64,000 nucleotides of DNA from NCBI GenBank assembly GCA_049322915.1, contig JBMOPW010000013.1, positions 62,111 through 126,110 on the forward strand, given 5' to 3'. Under the pieces are notes generated by a model that worked only from the letters and a program-made list of their open reading frames with translations, was not told the origin of the DNA and searched no databases. Positions 39,735 to 52,275 of the stretch are shown here, piece by piece; within the stretch, counting starts at the first letter, position 1; every line of letters starts with the position of its first letter. This DNA comes from Candidatus Zhuqueibacterota bacterium (GTDB lineage Bacteria; Zhuqueibacterota; Zhuqueibacteria; Thermofontimicrobiales; Thermofontimicrobiaceae). The position numbers were made by a program, and so were the translations under genes.

Positions 39735-41453
39735 ATGCAAATAGAAGTAAACAATAGAAAAATAGAAGCTAAACCTGGGGAAATGATTCTTGACGCGCTG
39801 GAGCGCGAAGGCATAAAAGTGCCGACGTTGTGCCATTTGAAAGGACTCTTTCCCAGCGGCGCCTGCCGAATGTGTGTGGTGGAAGTAGAAGGCCAGAATG
39901 GACTGATTCCCAGTTGCGCTTATCCGGTTCAGAAAGGCATGAAAATAAAAACGCACTCTCCCCGGGCGCTGCGAGCCAGAAAAACCATCATTGAACTGCT
40001 GCTCTCCAATCACCCGGACGATTGCCTGTACTGCATCCGAAACAATGAATGCGAGCTTCAGAGCCTTGCGGCAGAATTAGGGGTTCGGCAGCGCCGTTAC
40101 ACCGGAATGAAGAATCATTACAACATGGATTTGTCGAGTCCCTCCCTGGTTCGCGATCCGGCAAAATGTATTTTGTGCGGAAAATGTGTCCGGGTGTGCG
40201 AAGAGATTCAGGGAGTGAGCGCCATCGATTTTATCAATCGCGGGAGCCGCGCTATTGTCGGCCCGGCGTTCAACGAAGGGCTGAATATTTCCAGTTGCAT
40301 CAACTGCGGCCAATGCATCATGGTCTGCCCCACCGGCGCGCTCCGTGAAAAAAGCGATATCAAGGAAGTGATTGACGCGCTGAACGATCCTGAAAAATTT
40401 GTTGTTGTTCAACACGCGCCCAGTATTTCTGTCACCATCGGCGAAGAATTCGGCTTGAAGCCCGGGCTGGATTCAATCGGCATCATGACGGCAGCGCTAC
40501 GGCGTCTCGGATTCAATCGGGTTTTTGACACATCATTCAGCGCGGATTTGACCATCATGGAAGAAGCGGCTGAATTGGCCCATCGCATCAAAACCAATGG
40601 CAAGCTTCCCATGATGACAAGCTGCTCGCCCGGCTGGATTAAATTCGTCGAAGAATTTTACCCGGACTTCATCGACAATCTTTCGACATGTAAAAGCCCC
40701 CAGCAAATGATGGGCGCCATAATCAAAAGCTACTTTGCCGAAAAAGAAGGCATCGATCCTGAGAAAATCTATAGTGTTTCGCTGATGCCGTGCACGGCTA
40801 AGAAATTCGAAGCAGAACGGCCGGAGCTTGCTAACAACAATCTGCCGGACATCGACGCGGTTTTGACGACGCGGGAATTGGCGCGAATCATAAAAATGCG
40901 CGGTCTGGATTTGAACAACATGTCCCCTGAATCCAATGACACCCCGTTTGGCGTCCGAAGTTCTGCCGGTAAACTGTTCGGCGTGTCCGGCGGCGTTCTC
41001 GAAGCCGCGGTTCGCACAGCCCACTATTTCCTCACCGGAAACGAATTGGCTGAAATGAAAGTGAAAGAATTGCGCGGATTGAACGGGATCAAGGAAACGA
41101 AAATCACCCTTGGCGATTTGGAACTGAATGTAGCAGCGGTGAGCGGTTTGGGCAATGCCAGGAAAATGCTGGATGAAATTCGAAGCGGCAAAAAAACCAT
41201 TCATTTCATGGAAGTGATGACCTGTCCTGGCGGCTGCATTGCCGGCGGCGGGCAGCCGCTTTCCGCCAACTTGGACGCGGTGAAAGCGCGAATGAAAAAA
41301 CTGTACGAAATCGACCGCGACGCCCAGGTGACGGCATCGCACAATAACAAATATATTAAAAAACTCTATGAAGAATTTCTTGGCGAACCGCTCAAAGACA
41401 AGAGCCACCGACTTCTCCATACAACTTATCACAAAAGAGATGTCTTGCTTTAG
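39735..41453 (+). CDS. hydA: [FeFe] hydrogenase catalytic subunit, group A3, M3 type (HydA/HndD); ORF track start is 39717
   Basis: N-terminal [2Fe-2S], His-ligated and 2x[4Fe-4S] motifs; ADLTIMEE; L1 TSCSPGW, L2 MPCTAKKFE, L3 EVMTCPGGCIAGGGQP. Confidence 0.95.
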   Translation: MQIEVNNRKIEAKPGEMILDALEREGIKVPTLCHLKGLFPSGACRMCVVEVEGQNGLIPSCAYPVQKGMKIKTHSPRALRARKTIIELLLSNHPDDCLYCIRNNECELQSLAAELGVRQRRYTGMKNHYNMDLSSPSLVRDPAKCILCGKCVRVCEEIQGVSAIDFINRGSRAIVGPAFNEGLNISSCINCGQCIMVCPTGALREKSDIKEVIDALNDPEKFVVVQHAPSISVTIGEEFGLKPGLDSIGIMTAALRRLGFNRVFDTSFSADLTIMEEAAELAHRIKTNGKLPMMTSCSPGWIKFVEEFYPDFIDNLSTCKSPQQMMGAIIKSYFAEKEGIDPEKIYSVSLMPCTAKKFEAERPELANNNLPDIDAVLTTRELARIIKMRGLDLNNMSPESNDTPFGVRSSAGKLFGVSGGVLEAAVRTAHYFLTGNELAEMKVKELRGLNGIKETKITLGDLELNVAAVSGLGNARKMLDEIRSGKKTIHFMEVMTCPGGCIAGGGQPLSANLDAVKARMKKLYEIDRDAQVTASHNNKYIKKLYEEFLGEPLKDKSHRLLHTTYHKRDVLL

Positions 41454-41462
41454 GGAGAATGC

Positions 41463-43466
41463 ATGAGTCCGAAATACCGAAAACCCATGGTTTCGACCGT
41501 GAAGGACAAATGCCGCGTGTGCTACACCTGCGTTCGCGAATGTCCGGCCAAAGCCATACGAATCGCCAATGGCCAGGCCGAGGTGATTGCGGAGCGTTGC
41601 ATTGGCTGCGGCAATTGCGTGAAAGTGTGCAGCCAGAACGCCAAGCAGGTGATAAGCTCCATCGAAGAAGTGACGGAACTGCTTCAGACTTCTGACAAAG
41701 TTTCGGCGATCATTGCGCCGAGCTTTGCCGCGGAATTTGTTGAAATGGAATACACCCAATTCGTTGGCATGGTTCGCTCGCTGGGATTTGAATATGTGAA
41801 TGAAGTCGCGTTTGGCGCTGACCTGGTCGCGCGAAAAACCAGGGAGTTGCTTGCGGAATCCAATGGCAAACGTTATATTGCCACAGCCTGCCCGGCTATT
41901 TTTGGCTATGTGAAACGGTACCATCCGCATCTCATCGATGCGCTTGCCCCGGTCGTCTCCCCGATGATCGCCGCAGCGCGGGCGCTTCGAAAAATTCACG
42001 GCCAGGACCTTCGCATTGTTTTCATTGGGCCGTGCATTGCAAAAAAAGGCGAGGCGTACAGCGAAGAAATGATCGGCGAAATCGATGAAGTGCTCACATT
42101 CAGGGAACTGCGCCAGATGTTTTCCGATTCAGGCCTTCACCCGGAAACCGTTGCGGCTTCGGACTTCGATCCGCCCCATGGCAATAAAGGCTCGGTTTTT
42201 CCCATCGGTCGCGGTTTGTTGGAGACCGCCAATATCCATGAAGACCTTATCGAAGGGGATGTCATTTCCGCCAACGGCAAAGCCAATTTCATCGACGCCA
42301 TCATCGAATTCAGCTCAGGCGAGACCACGGCAAAATTTCTCGACATTCTCTGCTGCGATGGCTGCCTCATGGGCGCCGGCATGACGACCAAAGCGCCGTT
42401 GTTTCGCAGGCGTGCTCTGCAAAGTAATTTTGTGAGGAGAATAATCAAGTCGCGTGAACCCGGCGAATGGGTTTTTTACATGGAAAAATTCCACGACCTG
42501 GATTTATCACGAACTTTTTCGCCGTACGACCAGCGAATATCCGCGCCGGACGAAACAGAAATCAGGGCGATTCTCTCCAAAATAGGGAAAACAAAACCGG
42601 AAGACGAACTCAACTGCGGCGCGTGCGGCTATGAGACGTGCCGCGAACATGCCATTGCCATTCACAAAGGCCTGGCCGAAACCGAGATGTGTCTCCCCTA
42701 TTCCATCGAAAAGTTACACGACACCATCGGGGAACTGGCAGTCTCCAACGAGCAATTGGCCAACACCCGCGAGGCGCTGATTCAATCCGAAAAAATGGCC
42801 AGCATGGGACAACTGGCCGCCGGCATTGCCCACGAAATCAACAATCCGCTGGGCGTTGTCCTCATGTATTCGCATCTTCTTTTGGATGAGCTGGAAATAG
42901 CCGCTGAAGACAAAGACGCGCTCAAAATGATCGCTGACCACGCGGATCGTGCCAAGAAAATCGTGGCCGGATTGCTGCATTTCGCCAGGGAAAATAAAGT
43001 GGTGCTAAAATCGGTGAACCTGCCGAAATTAATTGATGATTGTTTGAAAGCAATTCAGGCGCCGGAAGGCATTCAAATCAAAAAAGAATTTAATCTGAAC
43101 GAACAAAATGCTGATCTGGATCGGGACCAGATAGTGCAGGTTCTGACCAATTTGATCAACAATAGCTTAACAGCCATGCCGCGCCGGGGAACGCTCACCA
43201 TTCGGGTTGAAGATGACGAGCGAAATGTTTTTTTAAAAGTCCAGGATACCGGCACAGGAATTCCCAAAGATATTTTGCCGAAGATTTTCGAACCATTTTT
43301 TACGACGAAAAAGCCGGGCGAAGGCACCGGCTTGGGTCTGGCGATCATTTATGGTATTGTGAAAATGCATCGCGGCAATATCGATGTTATTTCCAATGCT
43401 GACGAAAGCGCTGGCCCAATCGGCACAACTTTTACAGTGACGCTGCCGAAAAGGCATGGCAAATAA
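41463..43466 (+). CDS. Sensory [FeFe] hydrogenase (group C, HydS-like) fused to a histidine kinase (group C1)
   Basis: 2x[4Fe-4S]; [16 protein letters not shown] and [24 protein letters not shown] Fe-S domain; [22 protein letters not shown] and GTGLGL. Confidence 0.9.
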   Translation: MSPKYRKPMVSTVKDKCRVCYTCVRECPAKAIRIANGQAEVIAERCIGCGNCVKVCSQNAKQVISSIEEVTELLQTSDKVSAIIAPSFAAEFVEMEYTQFVGMVRSLGFEYVNEVAFGADLVARKTRELLAESNGKRYIATACPAIFGYVKRYHPHLIDALAPVVSPMIAAARALRKIHGQDLRIVFIGPCIAKKGEAYSEEMIGEIDEVLTFRELRQMFSDSGLHPETVAASDFDPPHGNKGSVFPIGRGLLETANIHEDLIEGDVISANGKANFIDAIIEFSSGETTAKFLDILCCDGCLMGAGMTTKAPLFRRRALQSNFVRRIIKSREPGEWVFYMEKFHDLDLSRTFSPYDQRISAPDETEIRAILSKIGKTKPEDELNCGACGYETCREHAIAIHKGLAETEMCLPYSIEKLHDTIGELAVSNEQLANTREALIQSEKMASMGQLAAGIAHEINNPLGVVLMYSHLLLDELEIAAEDKDALKMIADHADRAKKIVAGLLHFARENKVVLKSVNLPKLIDDCLKAIQAPEGIQIKKEFNLNEQNADLDRDQIVQVLTNLINNSLTAMPRRGTLTIRVEDDERNVFLKVQDTGTGIPKDILPKIFEPFFTTKKPGEGTGLGLAIIYGIVKMHRGNIDVISNADESAGPIGTTFTVTLPKRHGK

Positions 43467-43642
43467 ACAAAACTGGTGAAACATCATCAACTACGATATT
43501 GGACACAGACCATCGCTGATAGAAACAGATTAATAGTATAAAATTTAAAATTGCTGAAGTTAGAATTATTTATTTAGCTTCGAGGCTATGCGACTTGGCG
43601 GCTGAATACTGACGTGTATTTTAAAAAATAATGAGGAAAAAA

Positions 43643-44053
43643 ATGGACGCGAACAAAGCGAAAAGGACAATTTTGGTTGTTGATGATGACATTGATTTTT
43701 TATCTCAAATGCAGATAAATTTAAAGGAGGCAGGTTTTACGGTCATCACCGCTGAAGGCCAGTCCGACGCCGAAGAAATACTCAAAACCACATCGCCAGA
43801 CCTGGCCATTGTGGATTTGATGATGGAAAATGTGGATGGCGGTTTTTCGCTTTCCTATCACATCAAGAAAAAAAATCCAGCTATCCCGGTAATCTTGGTG
43901 ACAGCCGTTGCCAGCGAGACAGGCCTGGAATTCGACGCCAAAACAGATGAAGAACGGTCGTGGGTAAAAGCGGATGTCTTTTTGGCAAAGCCGGTTCGTT
44001 TCGAACAACTCTTGCGTGAAGTCAATCGACTTTTAAAGGAAAAATTATCATGA
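43643..44053 (+). CDS. Stand-alone response regulator receiver
   Basis: ILVVDDD, VDLMME, LVTA and AKPV. Confidence 0.9.
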   Translation: MDANKAKRTILVVDDDIDFLSQMQINLKEAGFTVITAEGQSDAEEILKTTSPDLAIVDLMMENVDGGFSLSYHIKKKNPAIPVILVTAVASETGLEFDAKTDEERSWVKADVFLAKPVRFEQLLREVNRLLKEKLS

Positions 44054-45180
44054 TTATACTCCGCACACTCGTCGTCGATGATGAGCCTGGCATGCGTTCG
44101 AGCATCAAACGAGCGCTGAGCAAATTTAAATTAACGCTCCCGCACATCGAAGACGAAGTTCAGTTTGACGTGGATGTGGCTGAGAACGGCGAAGAAGCTG
44201 TCAGGAAAATCAATGCCAATCGACCGGATCTGCTTTTATTGGACTACAAACTGCCAGGCATCAGTGGCCTGGAAATTCTCGAGCAGGTGAAAGCCACGGA
44301 AAGCGAAATGATCACGATTATGATTACGGCGTATGCATCCATCGAAACTGCTGTCACAGCAGTTAAAAGAGGCGCTTTCGATTTTTTGGCGAAACCGTTT
44401 ACGCCGGAGGAATTGAAAAACGTGGTATCCAAAGGAACCCAGCGGCTCATTCTGGCCCGCGAGGTTGAAAAGTTGGCCCGCGAAAAACATCAGGTTCGAT
44501 TTCAGTTCATCTCTGTTCTCGGGCATGAATTAAAATCGCCGCTCAATTCCATCGAAGGCTACCTGGACATCATGCAGCATCACAAACTGGGCGCAGACAT
44601 CGCTTCGTACGACACGATGATCAACCGCTGCCTGGTTCGCATTGAAGGCATGCGCAAAATGATTCTGGACCTGCTCGATTTGACCCGAATCGAATCCGGT
44701 CAGAAAAAGCGCGAGCTGATAATCCATAATATTGTTGATAGCGCGAAAATGGCCATCGAATCGGTGCTTCCGGAAACCGGGCGCCGAAATATAGTTGTCA
44801 ATCTTGACTCGGAAGATTCAATACTGTTTTTGTGCGACTCAGGTGAAATTGAAATTATTTTTAACAATCTCATTTCAAATGCGGTGAAATACAACAGGGA
44901 TGGCGGAAAGGTCAATATTCATTTAGCCAAAAGGGACGGACAACTGGAAATAAAAGTCGAAGACACCGGCATTGGCATGACCAGGGAAGAAGCCTCGAAA
45001 TTGTTCAATGAATTCGTCCGAATCAAAAACGCGAAAACACGGGACATCCTTGGTAGTGGACTCGGGCTGACGATTTTGAAAAAGATCACATCCCTGTACC
45101 AGGGCACAATCGATGTAAAGAGCGAACCGGATGCAGGCAGCACATTCACGGTAACTCTTCATGAATCGGCACAAAATTAA
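44050..45180 (+). CDS. Hybrid receiver-histidine kinase
   Basis: LVVDDE-LDYKLP; GHELKSPL; NLISNAVKY; DTGIGM; GSGLGL; ATGA overlap with the receiver gene. Confidence 0.92.
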   Translation: MIILRTLVVDDEPGMRSSIKRALSKFKLTLPHIEDEVQFDVDVAENGEEAVRKINANRPDLLLLDYKLPGISGLEILEQVKATESEMITIMITAYASIETAVTAVKRGAFDFLAKPFTPEELKNVVSKGTQRLILAREVEKLAREKHQVRFQFISVLGHELKSPLNSIEGYLDIMQHHKLGADIASYDTMINRCLVRIEGMRKMILDLLDLTRIESGQKKRELIIHNIVDSAKMAIESVLPETGRRNIVVNLDSEDSILFLCDSGEIEIIFNNLISNAVKYNRDGGKVNIHLAKRDGQLEIKVEDTGIGMTREEASKLFNEFVRIKNAKTRDILGSGLGLTILKKITSLYQGTIDVKSEPDAGSTFTVTLHESAQN

Positions 45181-45426
45181 TTTCTTTATTAATTCTTTTT
45201 ACTGATAACTTATTTACTTTTATCAGTATTATTCACTATCTTCCGGCCTTGATCCAACTTAATTTATAACAACTTAAAAATGGAGGGGTGAATCCCTGAC
45301 ATTCAGGAGGAATTATGATCAACCAATCTACAAACCGGATGGCGTTTACAACCGGTTAAATGATCCCTTCATGAATATTCTTCCATTATCATCAGAAGAC
45401 TGGGACTGCCTTACAGGGAACGTAAA

Positions 45427-45464
45427 AAGCCCCTAAGCAAAACACGCGCACAGGGGCTTTTTTA
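45427..45464 (+). repeat. Degenerate direct-repeat copy of the tRNA-Arg 3' flank (attR-like)
   Basis: AAGCCCCTAAGCAAAACACGC-GCAC-AGGGGCTTTTTTA versus AAGCCTCTAAGCAAAACACGC-TT-AGGGGCTTTTTTTA at 36197. Confidence 0.7.
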
Positions 45465-45711
45465 TTTTGAACCAGGCGCATGCCTGAATCGTTGGCATCG
45501 AAATGAATCGGCCAGGGGAAAGGTTGTCCTGCTGGAAAGGCATCGTCACCTCCGAAGTTGATTCTGCGGACAAGAATCGGGGACGCAATTTCCACCCGTG
45601 TCGAGGCTGGCCAGACTCCGGCATTGACCATTGAAAGACCAGGCGCGACACACTATCGCCGCCAGCGCCCCTGGGGGCGCGCTTCAACCTCAAAGCCGCA
45701 GAATATATCTA

Positions 45712-45740
45712 TTGACTTTTAATAATAATTATATTATAAT
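45712..45740 (+). promoter_or_regulatory. Sigma70-type promoter upstream of maeB
   Basis: TTGACT-17 nt-TATAAT. Confidence 0.7.
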
Positions 45741-46002
45741 TGGTCTATCTTTTATGAGACCAGTGCTGCAACGGCCTTGATAAAGAAAATTCCCGGTCAG
45801 GTGCAACAAATTTCCAGGTGCGCGAATGCGCTTACAAACAACTCACCTGGTTTTTTTTGCATGGTCAGGTATAAATTTTTTTATTGAGTGTCTGAACAAA
45901 AAGTTGGCAGCGATAATCAAATAAGGAGTGGTTATGTTTATCTCAACTAACTTATGCGTAAAGGAGGTGGAGAAATGCAGAGCGTAAGCTCTGTATGACA
46001 TT

Positions 46003-48249
<2,247 letters not shown>

Positions 48250-48277
48250 TGTCCTGAACATCCTTTTTTAGCTTAAT

Positions 48278-48316
48278 AAAAAAGCCCGGTTTCACTCTCG
48301 AATCCGGGCTTTTTTT
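48278..48316. terminator. Bidirectional intrinsic terminator after maeB
   Basis: A6-GCCCGG...CCGGGC-T7. Confidence 0.8.
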
Positions 48317-48448
48317 GTTCGGCGATTTCTTCCACAGTTTTCAACCCGACTACGGTTGATTCCTCATCACCCCAGACCAGGGCCAGCGTGGGCTGGATAT
48401 TCTTCTCCATACGCGCGATCTGCTCGTGACTGGCCAGAAATTGTTTCA

Positions 48449-48945
48449 ACATGGATAAACAGGATGCACAGGATGAAACAAAATTCTGTTTATCCTGCCT
48501 ATCCATGTTCAATGGCTATAATGCGCGTAACCAGAATTTCCTTTCTATTCACATGGATGAACAGGATGGACAGGATGCGCAGGATGAAACAAAATCCTGT
48601 TTATCCTGCCTATCCATGTTCAATGGCTTTAATGCGCGTAACCAAAATTTCCTTTCTATTCACATGGATGAACAGGATGCGCAGGATGAAACAAAATCCT
48701 GTTTATCCTGTCTATCCATGTTCAATGGCTTTAATGCGCGTAACCAGAATTTCCTTTCTATTCACATGGATGAACAGGATGCATAGGATGAAACAAAATC
48801 CTGTTTATCCTGCCTATCCATGTTCAATGGCTTTAATGCGCGTAACCAGAATTTCCTTTCTATTCACATGGATGAACAGGATGCACAGGATGAATAAAAA
48901 TCCTTTTTATCCTGTCTATCCATGTTCAATGGCCTTACTTCGCGT
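48449..48945. repeat. Tandem array of five ~60-nt imperfect hairpins separated by four near-identical ~42-nt linkers
   Basis: Unit starts at 48449, 48551, 48662, 48764 and 48866 (periods 102, 111, 102, 102); ACATGGATGAACAGGATGCRCAGGAT-loop-ATCCTGTTTATCCTGYCTATCCATGT. Confidence 0.95.
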
Positions 48946-49328
48946 AAAGCGATTGTATTCCAGTTTCGGGTTGCCAAAGTTGATCAGCAAACCGACTTGA
49001 TTCCGGTGGCTTTCAGGTAATTAATAATCTGAGCCTGATTTTCTGGGGCGAGGGCTTTGACAGCCTTCAATTCAACGATCACCTTTCCATCGACATACAG
49101 GTCGGCGAAAAAATCACCCACACTTTCGCCTCTGAACACAACCTTAATCGGATGTTGTGCCACCACTGAAAGACCCTTTTGACGCAGGGCAATAAGCATC
49201 GCCTTCTCGTAAACCGATTCCAGAAATCCTGCGCCCAATTCATTGATCACTTCGAAGGCGCAACCAATCACCGTCTGGGTAATCTCCGAATATTTCAATA
49301 TATTATCACGTCTATCCCGATCATCCAT
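48916..49328 (-). pseudogene. GxxExxY protein (PD-(D/E)XK nuclease superfamily) with a 1-nt frameshift near 48998
   Basis: IGCAFEV-NELGAGFLESVYE, ADLYVDGKVIVELKA and AQIINYLKATG; the family tail VGLLINFGNPKLEY continues in another frame to TAG 48916. Confidence 0.85.
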
Positions 49329-49329
49329 G

Positions 49330-49545
49330 TCAATTCTCCTTTCCCACGATCGGCAGAAAACCGACAATATCGCGCTCGTCCTTCTCGATGTTATCGCCGA
49401 GCGAGTCGATGCCTGCTGGCTTGATGACAACGGACGGCTCAGCACGGATATTTGTAAGTGCATCGCCATCTTGGATGAATCGCCAGCCTGCGGTCTCGAG
49501 CCGTTTGTTTATCTTCATGCGGGCTGTGGTTTCTTTTTCGGGCGC
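49330..49545 (-). pseudogene. 5' fragment resembling a type I restriction R subunit (EcoEI-like HsdR) N-terminus
   Basis: KETTARMKINKRLETAGWRF...NIRAEP...LGDNIEK resembles the E-ARIKI-LL-AGW HsdR start from memory; SD AGGAGG followed by GCG instead of a start codon. Confidence 0.5.
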
Positions 49546-49790
49546 TCGGGTCCCTCCTTCAGTGCTGGTTGTAAAGCGGCATAGCGCGTAGCTCATTCGT
49601 GCGTTAGCTATCAGCGCGCTTTTTCACTGAGTTCTTGCGCATCAACAGGAGCGCCTTGTTGGACTTTTTGTATATCGTGAATAATAGTATCGGAGCTGCA
49701 CCTACTTGAATTCTGCACAATGGATGAGATCGATAGATTTGACGGAGCAGATGAAGATGCCGGGGCGAAACCTGTTAGCAAGTTCAGTCC

Positions 49791-50276
49791 TCAGCTCACC
49801 GCTTGTTTCACAAGCGCGATGATCCTTTCCTCCTCTGCGGCAGTCAACTCCTTCAGCGCGAAAGCGACAGGCCACATGGCGCCTTCGTCGAGGTTTGCCC
49901 TGTCGCTGAAGCCGAACGTCGAGTACCTCGTTTTGAATTTTTGCGCGCTCTGGAAGTAGCAGACGACATTGCCATCCATGGCATACGCGGGCATCCCATA
50001 CCAGATTTTCGGCCAGAGGTTTGGCGCGCTGGTTTTGATGATCTCATGGAGCCGCCTGGCCATGGAGCGATCCGGTTCCTGCATCTCGTCGATCTTCGCC
50101 AGCACGGCGCTCTCCCAATCCGCTCTGTTCTTGTTCGCGCGCGCTTCCGCCTTCAACTCCCGGGCGCGCTCCTTCATCGCGGCCCGCTCCTCTTCTGTGA
50201 ATCCCCGGGACTTGCTGCCGGTCGCGGAGGCGCTCCCGGCGGACTTTTGCCTGTCCCGCTTTGAAGGTTGGCTCAT
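49791..50276 (-). CDS. DUF1801 (YdhG-like) domain protein
   Basis: [41 protein letters not shown] and [14 protein letters not shown]. Confidence 0.88.
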   Translation of the reverse strand: MSQPSKRDRQKSAGSASATGSKSRGFTEEERAAMKERARELKAEARANKNRADWESAVLAKIDEMQEPDRSMARRLHEIIKTSAPNLWPKIWYGMPAYAMDGNVVCYFQSAQKFKTRYSTFGFSDRANLDEGAMWPVAFALKELTAAEEERIIALVKQAVS

Positions 50277-51225
50277 CGAAACCTCCTCTAACTGAATTGA
50301 AAATCACTCCGCAGATCGAACAAGTGATTATTCACTTACTGCATATCACCCCGGATGAACCGAAATTAGCATAATAGAACTTCAGAAACAATCATCGCCT
50401 TTGGTGACATCGTTCCGTACTCATCCGAGGTTAATGCTGGGGACTATTTTTAAAAAAAAGCCTGCGATCCGGAGGGATAGCTCCGCTAATGGAACATCGA
50501 AAATCCTGCCGGGGTGTATGAGAATGAATATACAAAGATACTGCAGAAAATCAAGTTAATTTTTTCGTAAATCGCAACATGATCCCCTGTTGAATGAAAG
50601 GAGGATACGCGCCCTTTCAGCGCCCCAGGCTGAATCGCTCCGGCCACGCATCCAGGCTATCCTCTTCCACTCAACAGCGACGCCATCCGCCAGGACGATT
50701 GCGTCGCTGCCCTCCTTCCTCCCTACCCCGCGCTCCCGGCCTGCAATAAATCCCATTTTTCCTATTGATATTTTATTTTTATTTTTTTACATTGCCACTG
50801 ATTTTATTCAATGTTATAACCCCTTGAAAAGTTGACCATTCCAATCGTATGACCATTAGACATGTCTTTGCTTCGATACTGGCGACGCCTCATTTTTTTT
50901 CAGGTCACCAATTTTTGAAATTCATAGTCGGCATCGCCCCGACTCACTTGATTCACCCGACGTACATGACTGAAAATGGGCGGCGGCGAGGCAACCGGTG
51001 GAGCGACGGATGCATCGAAACGATTCTTTTTACCTGAATTTCTGAATCACAAATAAATAGCAATGACTGACTTTCAATGTTCGAACTGCTGTTCACGTCC
51101 TGCCTGACATCATGTTTTGCCGGAGTTTTGATTTTATCTCTTTGATTGTCGGAATTTGGTTGGCATTCGGTATGTGAAGAGTGGTACGCAACGAATTCAT
51201 TTTAGAAATACAGGTTTTACATTAC

Positions 51226-52275
51226 ATGATGACGTCACGGGAACGAGTCAAACGGGCGATCCATTTTCAACGGCCGGATCATATTCCCCACTATCTGCCC
51301 GACGGCGGAGAGAACGATATTCTCTGGGCGGCGCCGTGGACTGTGGGCGCGGGTCTCGGCCCGGCAGACATTCAGCCCTGGACCCACTGCGGCGACATCG
51401 ACCGGCGCATCGATGCCTGGGGCGTTACCTGGGAGCGCAGCGCGCAGCGCAACGGCGACATGGGCCAGGCGAAGCGGTATCCCATCGAGGACATCCGGCG
51501 CCACGGCCAGTATCGGTTTCCTGACCGAAACAATCCGGCGTACTATGTGGGACATAAAACTGCCATCGAAGATAACAACCGGTCGGCCAATCCCAAATAT
51601 GTCCTCGGCGTGATGGGCTTCAGTTCGCTGAACGAAGCAGTGCACAACATCCTGGGACTCGAAACCATGTTCATCAGCTACTACGAGCACCCCAATGAAG
51701 TGAAGTCGCTCATCGCCCGATTCGCTGACGCGCAGCGCGACTCCATTCGTCTGATGGCGGATTTGGGCTGCGATGGTGTGATGGGGTATGACGACTGGGG
51801 CCTGCAAAATCGGTTGATGATTCACAGGTCGCTGATCGAGGAATTTTTCATGCCGCATTATCGGGAGAACTGGGCGCTGGCGCACGCGCTGGGACTGGAT
51901 GTGTGGCTGCATTCCTGCGGCTGGATCATCGATCTGCTGCCGACTTTTTACGACGCAGGGCTCAATGTCATTCAAATGGATCAGCAGGAGAACATGGGGC
52001 TGGCCAATCTGGCGGAGCGGATCGGCGGTCGCTTGGCGTTCTGGTGTCCGGTGGACATTCAGAAGACATTGGCGCAGGGCTCGTCCGACGAAATCGAGCG
52101 GTATGTCCAAACCATGATGGCCACCATCGGCCGATTCAACGGCGGGTTGATCAGCATGGCCTACACCACGCCGGACGCGATCGATCTGGACCCGGTGCGC
52201 GTGGCTGCCATGTGCGCGGCGTTTCGGAAATACGGAATTTACGACGGCGCTGAAATCGGCATAGAACGCGGATGA
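51226..52275 (+). CDS. Uroporphyrinogen decarboxylase/MtaA-like TIM-barrel protein
   Basis: MTSRERV-PD, DAWGV-W, YDDWG-Q, WLHSCG and PVDIQ motifs. Confidence 0.85.
   Translation: MMTSRERVKRAIHFQRPDHIPHYLPDGGENDILWAAPWTVGAGLGPADIQPWTHCGDIDRRIDAWGVTWERSAQRNGDMGQAKRYPIEDIRRHGQYRFPDRNNPAYYVGHKTAIEDNNRSANPKYVLGVMGFSSLNEAVHNILGLETMFISYYEHPNEVKSLIARFADAQRDSIRLMADLGCDGVMGYDDWGLQNRLMIHRSLIEEFFMPHYRENWALAHALGLDVWLHSCGWIIDLLPTFYDAGLNVIQMDQQENMGLANLAERIGGRLAFWCPVDIQKTLAQGSSDEIERYVQTMMATIGRFNGGLISMAYTTPDAIDLDPVRVAAMCAAFRKYGIYDGAEIGIERG

Noticed and set aside
45747..45815. SAM-I riboswitch in the maeB leader (GCAAC...GGTGC...TTCC echoes)
   Set aside because: The P1 AUC/GAU helix and P2 kink-turn are not found, and the downstream gene is unrelated to SAM.
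48449..48945. CRISPR array
   Set aside because: Linkers are near-identical rather than unique spacers, the repeats are ~60 nt, and there are no cas genes in the window.
48273..49000. ORFs of 214, 111 and 79 aa across the hairpin array
   Set aside because: Unit lengths of 102 and 111 are multiples of three, so frames stay open passively; no convincing SD or protein features.
50300..51200. Possible ncRNA or small genes in the ~900-bp gap (9-bp inverted repeat CAGCGACGC/GCGTCGCTG near 50674-50709)
   Set aside because: A single hairpin with no recognisable RNA family or credible ORF.
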